A stretch of DNA of 64,000 nt, taken from NCBI GenBank assembly GCA_010405405.1, contig MU004235.1:1068538-1132537 (forward strand). Direction: 5' to 3'. Under the pieces are notes generated by a model, which saw only the letters and a list, made by a program, of their open reading frames with translations, was not told the DNA's origin and made no database searches. Source of the DNA: Microthyrium microscopicum. Taxonomy: Eukaryota. The first letter of the stretch is position 1. The number at the start of each line of letters is the position of its first letter. Shown piece by piece: positions 50,249 through 60,619 of this stretch. The translations under genes and the position numbers were made by a program.

Positions 50249-52658
50249 TCACCGCGCGCGAGTTCCGCGTCCTCGCACCAGGAATGGGCTGGGCATCTCA
50301 TCAGTCTCTGGATCCCACACCGGACACTGCTTAGTAGGGCTAGTAAACTTGCTCGCTTCTAGGGTACGGTCTATGCCGCCCGCGCGCGCTTGCGCCAGCT
50401 CAACGAGGGTGCGGCCATGGACTCCGCCCATCTGATTGCGAAGCGCTGTCTTCATCAAGCCGGCACCCCCGACACTAACTTCGTCACTAGCGCTGCCCTT
50501 CTTGCTGCGGAAGCCAGTGTTGGCTGTTGCTGCTTTGCGTGGAGAATTGCCAGATTCTGGGATGCGTGTTGCTCGACGGGTGGGCGAATCGGTGTTGGCG
50601 GCTGTCTTGCGAGTGGGTGAAGTTGCAACCACGGGCACAGCGGACGCAGGCCGCGGCTTGAGGACTGGCTGTGCTGCGGGTACAGAAGGATTCAGGGGAA
50701 AGAGTGATGGAGCGGAGGTTAGGCGCTTCATGTTGGCGGGTGCTGTACGCTCACGCGCGAGTGAAGGGCGGGCTTTGCGGGCGACAGGACCAGCGACTGG
50801 GACGCCTGCTCCCTGCATCTTACGCTTAGTATGAGCACGGGAGGGCGAAATCATGCTGAGGTCTGTGTCGGGTTCGTCGGCGGAGAGATCGGAGTATGCA
50901 ATGGTGTCGTCACTATCACTTATGTTTGTCGATTGCCAGCGCTTAGCCGGATCTTGGACCGTAGCGAAGATGTTGCTGTTTGTTTGTCGCGTATGACCGC
51001 GGCCTGGAGACAGATTGAGGTTGTCGATGCTCATTGGAGATGGCGAGGCCATGTGAACATCTTGAGGGGAGAAGACATCAATCATATCGAAAGATTGAAT
51101 GGTTGGTTGATTGGCAATGGTATGTGCGCGTGTAAAAGGAGTGCGTGTTGAGCGTCTTCGACCAGTCTTTGACTCTTGAGACGATTGTGTTGAGGGGTCA
51201 GATTCCAGGGAGAGGCGGCTGAGTCCTGGCCCAAGATCCGCAGACATCATATAGCTAGGCTGTCCCGAAGGTACTTCATCGCGAATAGTGGACTGTGTAC
51301 AGTCGGTATCCTCCTCTTGCGTGCTTGTCAGTCCGACTGCGGTTTTCCCACTAAGATTCGAGTGGACTGATGAGCGGCGTGAGCTGATGTCTTTCATGCG
51401 AGCTTTGCATAATTCTTCTGCCTTGGAGGCAACAGCAGCATCGAATTGGCCCTGGAACTCTGCTTTGGCTAGTGCAACCTGTCGGTCAATCTCTAGACGA
51501 GCCTTGACTTCCCATTCACGCCGAAGCTTAGTATTCACCTCCAGACTAACTTGCTGGCGATGTAGCTCAACCTCTTGTGCTTTTTTCTGAAGATCCTTGT
51601 GTAGTATTACTGCTTCTTGTTGCTTTCGTACCACGGAAACAATAGGCAGGTTTAAGAGATGTGCCGCAGTTGGTCGTTGGTTTGGGTTTACCTGAAGACA
51701 GCTGGTGATGACCTTTTGTAGTTCTTGGCTGTATACTGGCGGAATAGCGCGGAACTTGCCTAATCTGATCTTTTGGAATAATTCGATATGGGATCTCGCA
51801 TTGAAAGGAACCTCAAGGCTGCAGAGTTCGTAGATGATGCAGCCTAAAGACCAGATATCGGAAGCGCTTGTATAGCGCTCACTTCCAGCGAGCTCTGGGG
51901 ACATGTAGTAAGGTGTTCCAACGTAAGTGCTAGCAAAGTCGTGAGATTTTATGATCTTAGACAGGCCGAAGTCGCCAAGTTTGACATTGTTGTTATGGTC
52001 CAAGAACACTAAAGACGTCAGCACAAGACACATCAAATAAAATAGAGCGGGAATTTACCATTCTCTGGCTTAAGATCACGATGAATGATAACCAACGTTT
52101 GGCCTTTTGGAGGGGCCACGCGCTTCTTAGAGAGGCCAAACCAATCGTCCCCTACTTCGGGTGCATCGATGCCATTATGGCAGCGAAACAGGGCAGTAAC
52201 AATCTGGGCAAATATAGACCAAACAAACTGTTCTGGCGCATGCTCTCCCCGTCTCTTGTAGTCCTTGATAACTTGACCAAGATCGCCGTTCCCGCAGTAT
52301 TCCATATACATGTGTAGATCTTGTGTGGCTTTCAAGTGCTCGCGCTCGTAGTATTGGACGATGTTTGGATGACGAAGTTCTTTGAGAATGGAGAGTTCGG
52401 ACTGTAGTTGTTCTTTCTCTTTCTGGGACATTTTGAGATAAGAGATCTCTTTCCGACAGAGTATCTTTGGCAGACGTTAGACTGATTCTTGAGGGGCAAT
52501 AGGAGGGGATCACGTACCAAGCCATCCGACTTTCTCTTGACCTTGCTGATAACTCCAAAGGACCCTTGCCCTACTCTCTAGTTAGTATGTGATAGGAGGG
52601 AAGGAATGATGGTCATACCAATCTTGCCCAAAACCTCATATTTGTCGGAATCAGCCAT
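50249..52658 (-). CDS. nimA: NIMA (never-in-mitosis A) Ser/Thr kinase
   Basis: MADSDKYEVLGKIG|QGSFGVISKVKRKSDG|ILCRKEISYLKMSQKEKEQL, HRDLKPEN, KLGDFGLSKIIKSHDFASTYVGTPYYMSPE, coiled coil LRREWEVKARLEIDRQV, GRTLVELAQARAGG and WDPETDEMPSPFL. Three introns. Confidence 0.95.
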
Positions 52659-52889
52659 GATGCTGGCGGACCCGATCCGACGTTGCGCAGAATGTCCAAA
52701 ATGGAAAATAGGTATTATAGGTCTCCTCCAAGAATACCAATGAGAGGATGAAGAGAGTAGAGGATATTGGAGAGTTAATCTGGAGTAATTGAGAGGTGGG
52801 AGAGGGTTTGGACAAAGTGCAGGAAATATTGATCAGAGAGTGGTGCTTATGCTGGAAGTGTAGCAGAATGAAGCTAAGGGAGTTGGTTT

Positions 52890-52926
52890 TGTTTACAAGC
52901 AATCCATGGCTTGGTTGCCATGGATT
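52890..52926. promoter_or_regulatory. Forkhead site plus RFX/X-box-like inverted repeat upstream of nimA
   Basis: TGTTTAC at 52890-52896, then the perfect 10-bp inverted repeat AATCCATGGC-ttggtt-GCCATGGATT containing GTTGCCATGG. Confidence 0.45.
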
Positions 52927-53788
52927 GAGAGTTAAGCAGGGCGCTAACCGAATAAAGTTAGCGAATAGTGACTGGCTCAAGCGCCATCCAATGATATCTC
53001 CGCACGGGTAACTCCGAACTGCTATAAGGCTAGCCTTGGCAAGGCTGCGCAACAATCAAGTAAACCCCATTTCTGATATGCAGATAGGAGGATTTACCAT
53101 TGTTTGCTTCACTGAGATACATGCGTGTTCTGTATCTGACAATTAGGTGCCATGGAGCTGCGTTCAAGCTTCCCGTGCTGCCTTGGCCTTGCTTTAGGCG
53201 ACCACGATTTCAGCCTGACAAAGAACACATCAAATCTCAATTGACCACAATTTGAACAAGATATTCGATCTCACGGAAAATCAATAAGCAGAATAGGAGA
53301 TCAAATCTCGGCGCGGTGACTACTTAACAGGCTTTCGCTCAAGCAGTGAGGTTCAAGCAGTGAGGTTCTCGCGATTCTATGGACCTACCAGGCCCTAAAT
53401 GCTAAGACGATGGTGGAGTTGCAAGATTGGCAGCAACTTTTACCTTGTAAGTTTCTTCAAAGAGCCTCCTGGGCGTTCATGCAGATGTTAGAAGAATGAT
53501 GCCTGAGTGGATAATATAACTTCTCCATTCAATGGTTGCAGTATCTCTTGCTATTGACTGGACGCGTATATTTTCTAGTATACGTGGACAAACATACGCT
53601 GGCTGGCGACTCCTGCTAGAATTAGGTATCGCGAGGATTAGAAAAACAATGCCTTGTCAAGTTTTACTTGGAGCTTTCAAACGGAAGTGATATATAGCAG
53701 GGCAATCTCGGTAACTCTTCAATATGCTGCAGCAAAAAGATTTCGACCTTTAACGCATATTCCATCTTTTCTCTCACACAAGAGAAAC

Positions 53789-53795
53789 AAAAAAA
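53789..53795 (-). terminator. T7 tract: likely RNA polymerase III terminator of the tRNA gene
   Basis: TTTTTTT on the minus strand, about 18 nt downstream of the tRNA discriminator base. Confidence 0.7.
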
Positions 53796-53812
53796 GAAAT
53801 AACCTTTGAAAT

Positions 53813-54001
53813 TGCGGCGACCGAGACTCGAACTGATTATCTTGTCAGAATCACCAATGCAATTGATATGTTACAGTAAAATTACCTCGGCGCTCAAGCA
53901 GATTTCTCATTATAGCATGGGAAGCTTGAACTAAGTTCAAGTTAGTCAAAGTCTTATAAATGACTTCACCATGTTTACTTTTACCCCTAAACCACCGCCG
54001 C
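53813..54001 (-). tRNA. tRNA-Gly(CCC) interrupted by two spliceosomal-type introns and one canonical tRNA intron
   Basis: Exons 53979-54001, 53918-53930, 53886-53900 and 53813-53832 give 71 nt: GCGGCGG TG GTTT AGGGGTA AAAT T CAAGC TT CCC AT GCTTG AGCG CCGAG TTCGAGT CTCGG TCGCCGC A. All four stems pair. Gly identity elements G1-C72, C2-G71, G3-C70, C35/C36 and A73 are present. Confidence 0.9.
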
Positions 54002-54492
54002 ATTTTGGTAAATCAAAATTCCGCACAATTCATACATAATCAACAGTGGTTGTTCTTTGAGTTCCTTCCGCCAACGCGCACCTGTAACGGTCAAAAGTCA
54101 TGAATTCTCTGCACGATGTAGAATCAAATGTAGCAAAGCCTTGCGTATCACTTTACTTTACAATTTTGGCGACTGAAACAAATGCGCATCAGAAATAGAG
54201 AAGTGTTCTGCGAGCAAGTCAAGAAATGTTGATGGAAAATCTGCAAGGTGAAGTTTGATACTGCGAACTTTGACGGCATTAGCTTGACTCCCAATGTGAA
54301 ACGACATCCAGTTGCAGTGAAGCGGTGCGACTGCCGTAATAGGCAGTCGGGAGAGGAAGAGTGTGGAAGTTCCACTAGGCAAATGCCATGTCACGTGCTG
54401 GGCTTTTTTCTGGGATGCAACTTTAAACCTCAACCTTCAAACTCTCAGCAGCTTGTCATCGCTTCTACACTCACGCATACAAACCATTCACC

Positions 54493-55743
54493 ATGTCTGA
54501 CACTGAGCATCAATCTCCAGAAAACCTTCAGGATGGTGGGAATCCAGCACAAGATCAAGTCCCAGACGGCGAAAGCGCACCGCTGCAAGAGCAGCCTAGC
54601 GATGGCGAACAAGCACCCGCAGAGACCGCTCTCACCACCACAAACCCCGAAAAGAAAATGAAAAAAGTAAAACGAGTCAAGAAGCGCCGAGCTGCTCGAA
54701 TACAAGTTGATCCCGCAACCTTCAAGCCTCCAGCACCCGAAGCCAGTGGCACAATATTCAACATCTGGTATAACAAATGGTCGGGTGGTGACCGTGACGT
54801 TCCCGTTCAGTTTGCTGCGCCAAATCGATGCGATATCGAAAAAGACGCCGGCTATACCCTTGCCGATAGTATCTCAGGCTCATATTTCTGTTTATACTTT
54901 GCGCGAGGTATCTGCACCAAAGGTCGCGATTGCGAATATCTACATCGATTACCTGGGATTCACGATATATTCAATCCCAACATGGATTGCTTCGGTAGAG
55001 ACAAGTTCTCGGATTACAGAGATGACATGGGTGGTGTTGGTAGCTTTATGCGACAAAATCGAACCCTTTACATCGGCCGAATCCACGTCACGGATGATAT
55101 CGAAGAGATCGTGGCGAGACACTTTGCGGAATGGGGACAAGTTGAGAGAACTCGAGTGTTGAATCAACGAGGTGTCGCATTCGTCACCTACTCAAATCTT
55201 GCCAATTCGGAGTTTGCCAAAGAAGCGATGGCTCATCAATCGCTCGACAATGGTGAAGTGCTCAATGTTCGATGGGCCACCATGGATCCCAACCCGGCGG
55301 CACAAAAGCGAGAGGCACGAATGATCGAAGAGCAAGCCGCGGAGGCTATACGAAGAGCATTACCACCAGATTACGTTGCTGAACTCGAAGGGAGAGGTGT
55401 GGATTCACGGAAAAAGAGAAAGACAGAAGGAAACTTCGGCTTGGAAGGATACGAAGCCCCGGATGATGTTTGGTTTGCGAAAGAAAAGGCCGAATGGATA
55501 GCTCAACAACGGGGATTGCCCAGTGGAAGTGCCGCTTCGATTGAAGGAGATGTGCAACACACAATTGAACCTCCACCAGGGCAACAGGATCAGCAAGACT
55601 TGGGTGGCATTCTCTCTGGCTCTACTCTGGCGGCGTTGAAGGCTCGAACGACAAGTACACCCAAGGTCGCTTTCACTACAGCAAAACAAGCAACATCCTC
55701 AGGCCCTCTCGTGGCATATGGTAGTGATGATGACAGTGATTGA
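54493..55743 (+). CDS. CWC2: Pre-mRNA splicing factor Cwc2 (CCCH zinc finger + RRM)
   Basis: GTIFNIWYNKWSGGD, YFCLYFARGICTKGRDCEYLHRLP, DCFGRDKFSDYRDDMGGVGSF, NRTLYIG and FAKEAMAHQSL..EVLNVRWAT. Single exon. Confidence 0.96.
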   Translation: MSDTEHQSPENLQDGGNPAQDQVPDGESAPLQEQPSDGEQAPAETALTTTNPEKKMKKVKRVKKRRAARIQVDPATFKPPAPEASGTIFNIWYNKWSGGDRDVPVQFAAPNRCDIEKDAGYTLADSISGSYFCLYFARGICTKGRDCEYLHRLPGIHDIFNPNMDCFGRDKFSDYRDDMGGVGSFMRQNRTLYIGRIHVTDDIEEIVARHFAEWGQVERTRVLNQRGVAFVTYSNLANSEFAKEAMAHQSLDNGEVLNVRWATMDPNPAAQKREARMIEEQAAEAIRRALPPDYVAELEGRGVDSRKKRKTEGNFGLEGYEAPDDVWFAKEKAEWIAQQRGLPSGSAASIEGDVQHTIEPPPGQQDQQDLGGILSGSTLAALKARTTSTPKVAFTTAKQATSSGPLVAYGSDDDSD

Positions 55744-55847
55744 GAATATCATCAACAATAGCAATTACATTCAGAAAATCTGGATATACTACTTTAGCTT
55801 TCGGGTGGCAGGAAACATCTGAGGATTTGCGACGCAAAGATATAAGC

Positions 55848-58800
55848 CTAAATCTGGCCAACTGGCCGATTGAGTAAGAGGAATACCCGTGCCATTAGGT
55901 CAGCAATACGAAACGGCTTTGCGAGAAAGTCATCCTAAGCATGTTAGTAAAATCATGACAGCTCATTGAATCATTTTCTCACCATCCCAGCTGCTAGAGC
56001 TCGCTCACGTTGTTCCATTCTCACATTTGCCGTCACCCCAATGATAGGAATATGGCCTTTCAATTCTCCATTTGCCTCCAACTCACGAACCCGTTTTGCG
56101 CAAGTCAATCCATCCATGACCGGCATTTCCTAGTCGAGCAGGACGATGGATATAGGCTGAAGTGGGTTAGATGCCCAAGCCGAGTTTTGAATTTGTTCTA
56201 GCCCTTCTTGTCCATGGTTGGCAACCAGCACCTTGCACCCAACCTTCTGGAGCTGCCTGGAGAGCATCTTCTGATTAATCAAGTTGTCTTCGACGATGAG
56301 TACTGTTAGCTCTTTGGCATTTGGCTCCTTCATTCCTACTTTCGCAACCCCGGATCCCGGTGATAACACTGGCGTGGTTCTTGGTGTCATTCTACCTGTA
56401 AATATGTCAATCGAATGCCACGTTAGTCCGATGACGTCTGAAAACCTACATTGGGCGGGACTTGTAGCTAGTGCAGTGGTAGATGGGGACTCTTGTGGTT
56501 GTGTCCGGGTTATCAAGGTAGTCATGGTATGGCTGGACAAAGATCGGAGCAATGGAGGTGGGTTTGGCCGCGCTGGCAAAGTCTGCGGTCCAACAAAAGG
56601 TATACTGGAAGTGCTGGATACGCTCTGTCTTTGTTCATTCGGCTGATGAGTTCCTTGGGCGTATGCTCGTGCTTTAATGAAGAACGCGAATGTACACCCG
56701 TGGCTGGTTTGTGGATTCAAGCCGATGGCGCCGCCTTGCAGTCCTGCGAGTCGGCGAGAGATATACAATCCAAGCCCGCTACTACCGTATTGGATGTGTG
56801 TTTTTGGCGACGCTTCGTATTGTTAGCAGAGTTAAGGGTGCCTATTGACAGCCTCTTACCTTGTGCAAAGCGCGTGAATAGATGCTATCCAGTTCGTCAG
56901 TAAATAAACCAGCACGAGAACGATAGAGATATTTACCTGTCGATCTTCTTGTGTCATACCCTTTCCAGTGTCCCTGACCGCGACATGAATAAACAAACAC
57001 CGGCCATCCCCCTACTCAGGCCGGGTTGTCGGATCTTGTTGAGTTTCTTCCATTGGATAGTACTCACAGTTTTCCATCCACTGAGGCTTCTCGCACGCAT
57101 CGAGCGTAATAGTGATTTTCCTTACTGCCTGATACTTGGTAAATTTGATGGCGTTGGTTATAAGATTGATGCTGATCTGTGTGAACCTAGTTGTGTTAAA
57201 CATAAATTGTTCGATAGCAAGCTCGCGATATCTCTCTGATATAACAAGGTGGAACTGGACATCAGCTTTAGCCGCATCTTTCTGGAATATTTTCAAACTG
57301 GTTCGAATCTCTTTCTCTGGGTTGGCCAGGACCGGGTAGACATCCATCAGTTGAGAGTCTAATTTCGAAGCAGACAACTGAAAATGATTAGCCTCACTAC
57401 TTGTCGCTATCTTTAACTTCACAATTGGAGCAAAGCCCAGAGTGTATGCTGTGCGTGGAGTGAAACTCACCACGTCATCAACGATTCGCTTCTGGTGCTT
57501 TGCACAGGCAAGAACAACTTTTCTACCTCTCCGTTAGTCATCTTAGGAAGCATCTACACAAAACAGAGAAACACGATAGTCCTAGTCCTAATCCTTCTTT
57601 GCGGCGGACAGGGGGCTGGAAGATGCAAAGCTTACCTATTGTCTATCACACTGTCAAGATCTTCCAAAAGGGCGGATTCTGCGATCTTCCCAGGGCCTAT
57701 CTCCACGATGCTTGAGACAGTTTCCACAATGTCTTCAGAGGCGAGGAGGATAGCAGAAAGGGGATTTCGTAGTTCGTGGTTTGTCGAGTCGATAAAACTC
57801 TCTAGTCGTTTTTTGGATTCCAAGGTTTCAGACACCATTTTCTCTTGTACTTCGTTGGCCCATTTCAACGCACTGATATCTGTTACGCCTGCATAGATCT
57901 GAACATGACCAAGTTCGGAGTCCATTACAGGAAAAGCAGTAACCTGGAGCCATACACGATGATCTTGCCCGTCGTCGCCCGAGGGAGAGCCAGTTTCTTC
58001 GTTCTGTGGACGCCATTGTGATTTGCATTTGATCTCGTACGTGACAGGAACGTTTCCTTCGGTGAGTTTTGCCCAGCTGGAGTATATCATGGGAAGCCAT
58101 TCTGGGTCTGCCATGGATCCCCAAACATCTTGAACGCGTGTATGTGTTTCGTGGGAGAAGCTTGTCAAGGCGGCCGTATTTCGATACACATAAGTTCCAT
58201 CAGTTTCTGCAATGAATACACCCAATGGGCTTCGTTCAACAAAAAGCCTCATCAGCTTTTCAGTCCTTACAACCTTTAACTTTGTTTCAGTCAATTCTCG
58301 GGAAATTTCTGCCTAGGTAATGTTAGCATCTAAAGCCGATCGCAACAAAGAGACACGACTGCCTGGAAGGGCGGTGGTGAAAAAACAAACCTGTTTCGCC
58401 TCGCGTTTGACGAGTTGTCTCAGCGACCCAAGAGCGGTGCTTATCAAAGTTACAATAGCCTCGATAAAATCAGAGCATCGATCATCAAGGGCTGTTCGGG
58501 GATTGATACCAATCGCAATGTACCCGGCAGTCAGAGAAGTATCGTATCTGAGGGGGGAGATGACAACAGCTCGGCACTCCTCGCCAAAGTCTTTAGTGAT
58601 AACGTTTGCTAGAAGCTCTGGCGGAAGAGTGCCATCTTCTCTGTGTAGTACTACAGGTCTTCCGGTCTCATAGCAAATACTGCAGAACCTCTCCAATCCA
58701 CTCTCAGTTGAGTTTAACCTGACTTCTGGCATTGCTGTGGGATGGTTTGTTGGTATGCCGAAAGAACCTCTAAGAAGCAACTGAGACATATCATTCACAT

Positions 58801-60619
58801 CCTGATTCGAATCTCCCTCGCTTGAGCTAGAGTCATGTGTATCTGACTTATTAGTGAATGAACATCATAGACGTGCTGTGTGAGTGTGTGAGCTAACTTT
58901 GCGCTTAAGCAACCGATAGTGCCGAAGTGCTACTGAATGGTGCTCCGCATTCATAACATTGCAGCAACTTACCGAGCTTTGCTGATTATCTCATAGCATG
59001 GAGTGACACAAAGAGTGCTTACAGATCATGGCCAACATAATGTCCTTTTCATCGGCTTTCAAAATTTCGACGGTAAGAGCCCAGAACTCATCTATAGATC
59101 GTGCGGTGGCAATCTTGACGGCAAGATCCATGAGTGTATCGAGTCTGCCATAGGTAATCAGCTTGAATAGGGGCAGATCTGCATCGGGAGGTTTACCTGC
59201 GAAGGTGCTGTATCTTGAAGGTCGAAGAAATTCTGTTTATTGGTCAATTTTGATATACGACGCTTGGAAGCATGAAATCAACTGTACCCTCGGAAGTAGC
59301 TGGCAAGAATATTGCCTTGTACACTTTTAAATGGTATCTAACATTGCGTTGGTCAGTGTTGACCCTTGAATGGGAGTGCTTCCTCTTCTGTTGACTATTT
59401 CATCTTTCCTGCAAAAGCGTATAGGCATGATAAGGGAAATGAAGTGGAGGAGGTAAAAACAGTAACCTACGACGGCGAGATCAAAGTAGTCTTCCACCAT
59501 ATGGCCGTCGCTAGACATGAACATGGGGAGATCGTCTGAGCTGTCGAGTGTCAGAAGAGATGTCGAGTGTCAGAAGAGATGTCGAGTGTCAGAAGAGATG
59601 TCGAGTGTCAGAAGAGATCTCCAGAGTAAGGTAGAGTACATACAGAATAGCGCGGCCCGTTCGAATGTCGTCAAAAATACCCACCAAGTAGTCGCAATAT
59701 CCAGGCATTGCTTCTAAGATCGGTTGGCCCATACAAGGATGAAAAGTAGAAATGATTCGAGCGTATTCTGAGTTATAGATCATAACCTTGCCTTCTCCCC
59801 AGCAGACCAAGGCTGGATTAGGATCAGCCATGACAAGATTGCTGATAATTCGAAGTTCGTCCGGCCAGTCCTTTTTAAACCGTCAATTCAGTTCGATTGG
59901 ACTATTGCAAGATTGGGTATAGAGTTGCGTATGTCCATTCTCTTCTCGACTGTGTGAGGAGCACCTACATACATTTGGATCACCAAGTTCAGTGCTTTTC
60001 CAATCAACAGTCCGAGCGTATTGCAAATGCTCGTCCAACTCCTTGATATCAATTCGGGTCCAATCGAAAACATGCTGAGCTGATATGGGTTTGTCACAAC
60101 TGGGGTTGAGGATTGTAGGAAATGATAATGACGAAACGGCATGGCCAATTTCGGGAGGGTATTTCTCATTTGAAGGTTCCGAATCTTCGTAAGTGCCTTT
60201 CGATGCTTTGGTTCGCATGTTCTTCGCAAATTCGCTGAATAACGTGCCACTCACAATGACCCATTGGCCTCTAACGACACATCGGCTCCAAGCATACCCC
60301 TTAACTTGTAAGCTTCGAGAAAAACTTTGCATTGTAGGGCTATACAGACCTGGAAGAGAAAAGTAGTTGATTCACCCTCTGGTGCTCCACCCATTGCCCA
60401 TTGAAAGTATTCCGCGTGCTTGAAAGTCCATGAGATAACCAGAGTAGAGGCGTGGTATTCTCCTTTGACACTTTGAAGCAGGAGCTCTTTCGATTCCAAA
60501 GCAACGTTCTGCCAAAGTATGTTGAATTTGTCTGTACCTGGATTATCGAGATCCAGAACGAATGTAGGTCGAACGTCATGCTTTAGGAATTCATTAAGGG
60601 GGACGGCGCCAAAATCCAT
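55848..60619 (-). CDS. Hybrid histidine kinase (PAS-HisKA-HATPase-REC) carrying two in-frame TAG codons (pseudogene or edited gene)
   Basis: H-box NHELRNPLSAI, N-box INLITNAIKFT, G1 VRDTGKGM, F-box LFTRFAQASPKTH, G2 YGSSGLGLYISR, and REC VLIVEDNLINQ..LLD*EMPVMDG..GVTAN..GM|DDFLAKPF. More than 10 introns. TAGs at 57012-57014 and 56130-56132. Confidence 0.85.
59542..59618. repeat. 19-bp perfect tandem repeat x4 inside a histidine-kinase intron
   Basis: (tgtcgagtgtcagaagaga)x4, lying within intron 59541-59643 (GTATGT...CAG on the minus strand). Confidence 0.95.

Noticed and set aside
53336..53368. Short duplication (tcaagcagtgaggt x2) with an 11-nt match (cgctcaagcag) to the tRNA locus
   Set aside because: Too short to distinguish from chance or slippage, and no tRNA structure surrounds it.
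59542..59618. Four direct repeats as a possible CRISPR array or as a frameshift in the kinase
   Set aside because: There are no spacers, the context is eukaryotic, and the array lies inside a GT-AG intron, so it does not disrupt the CDS.
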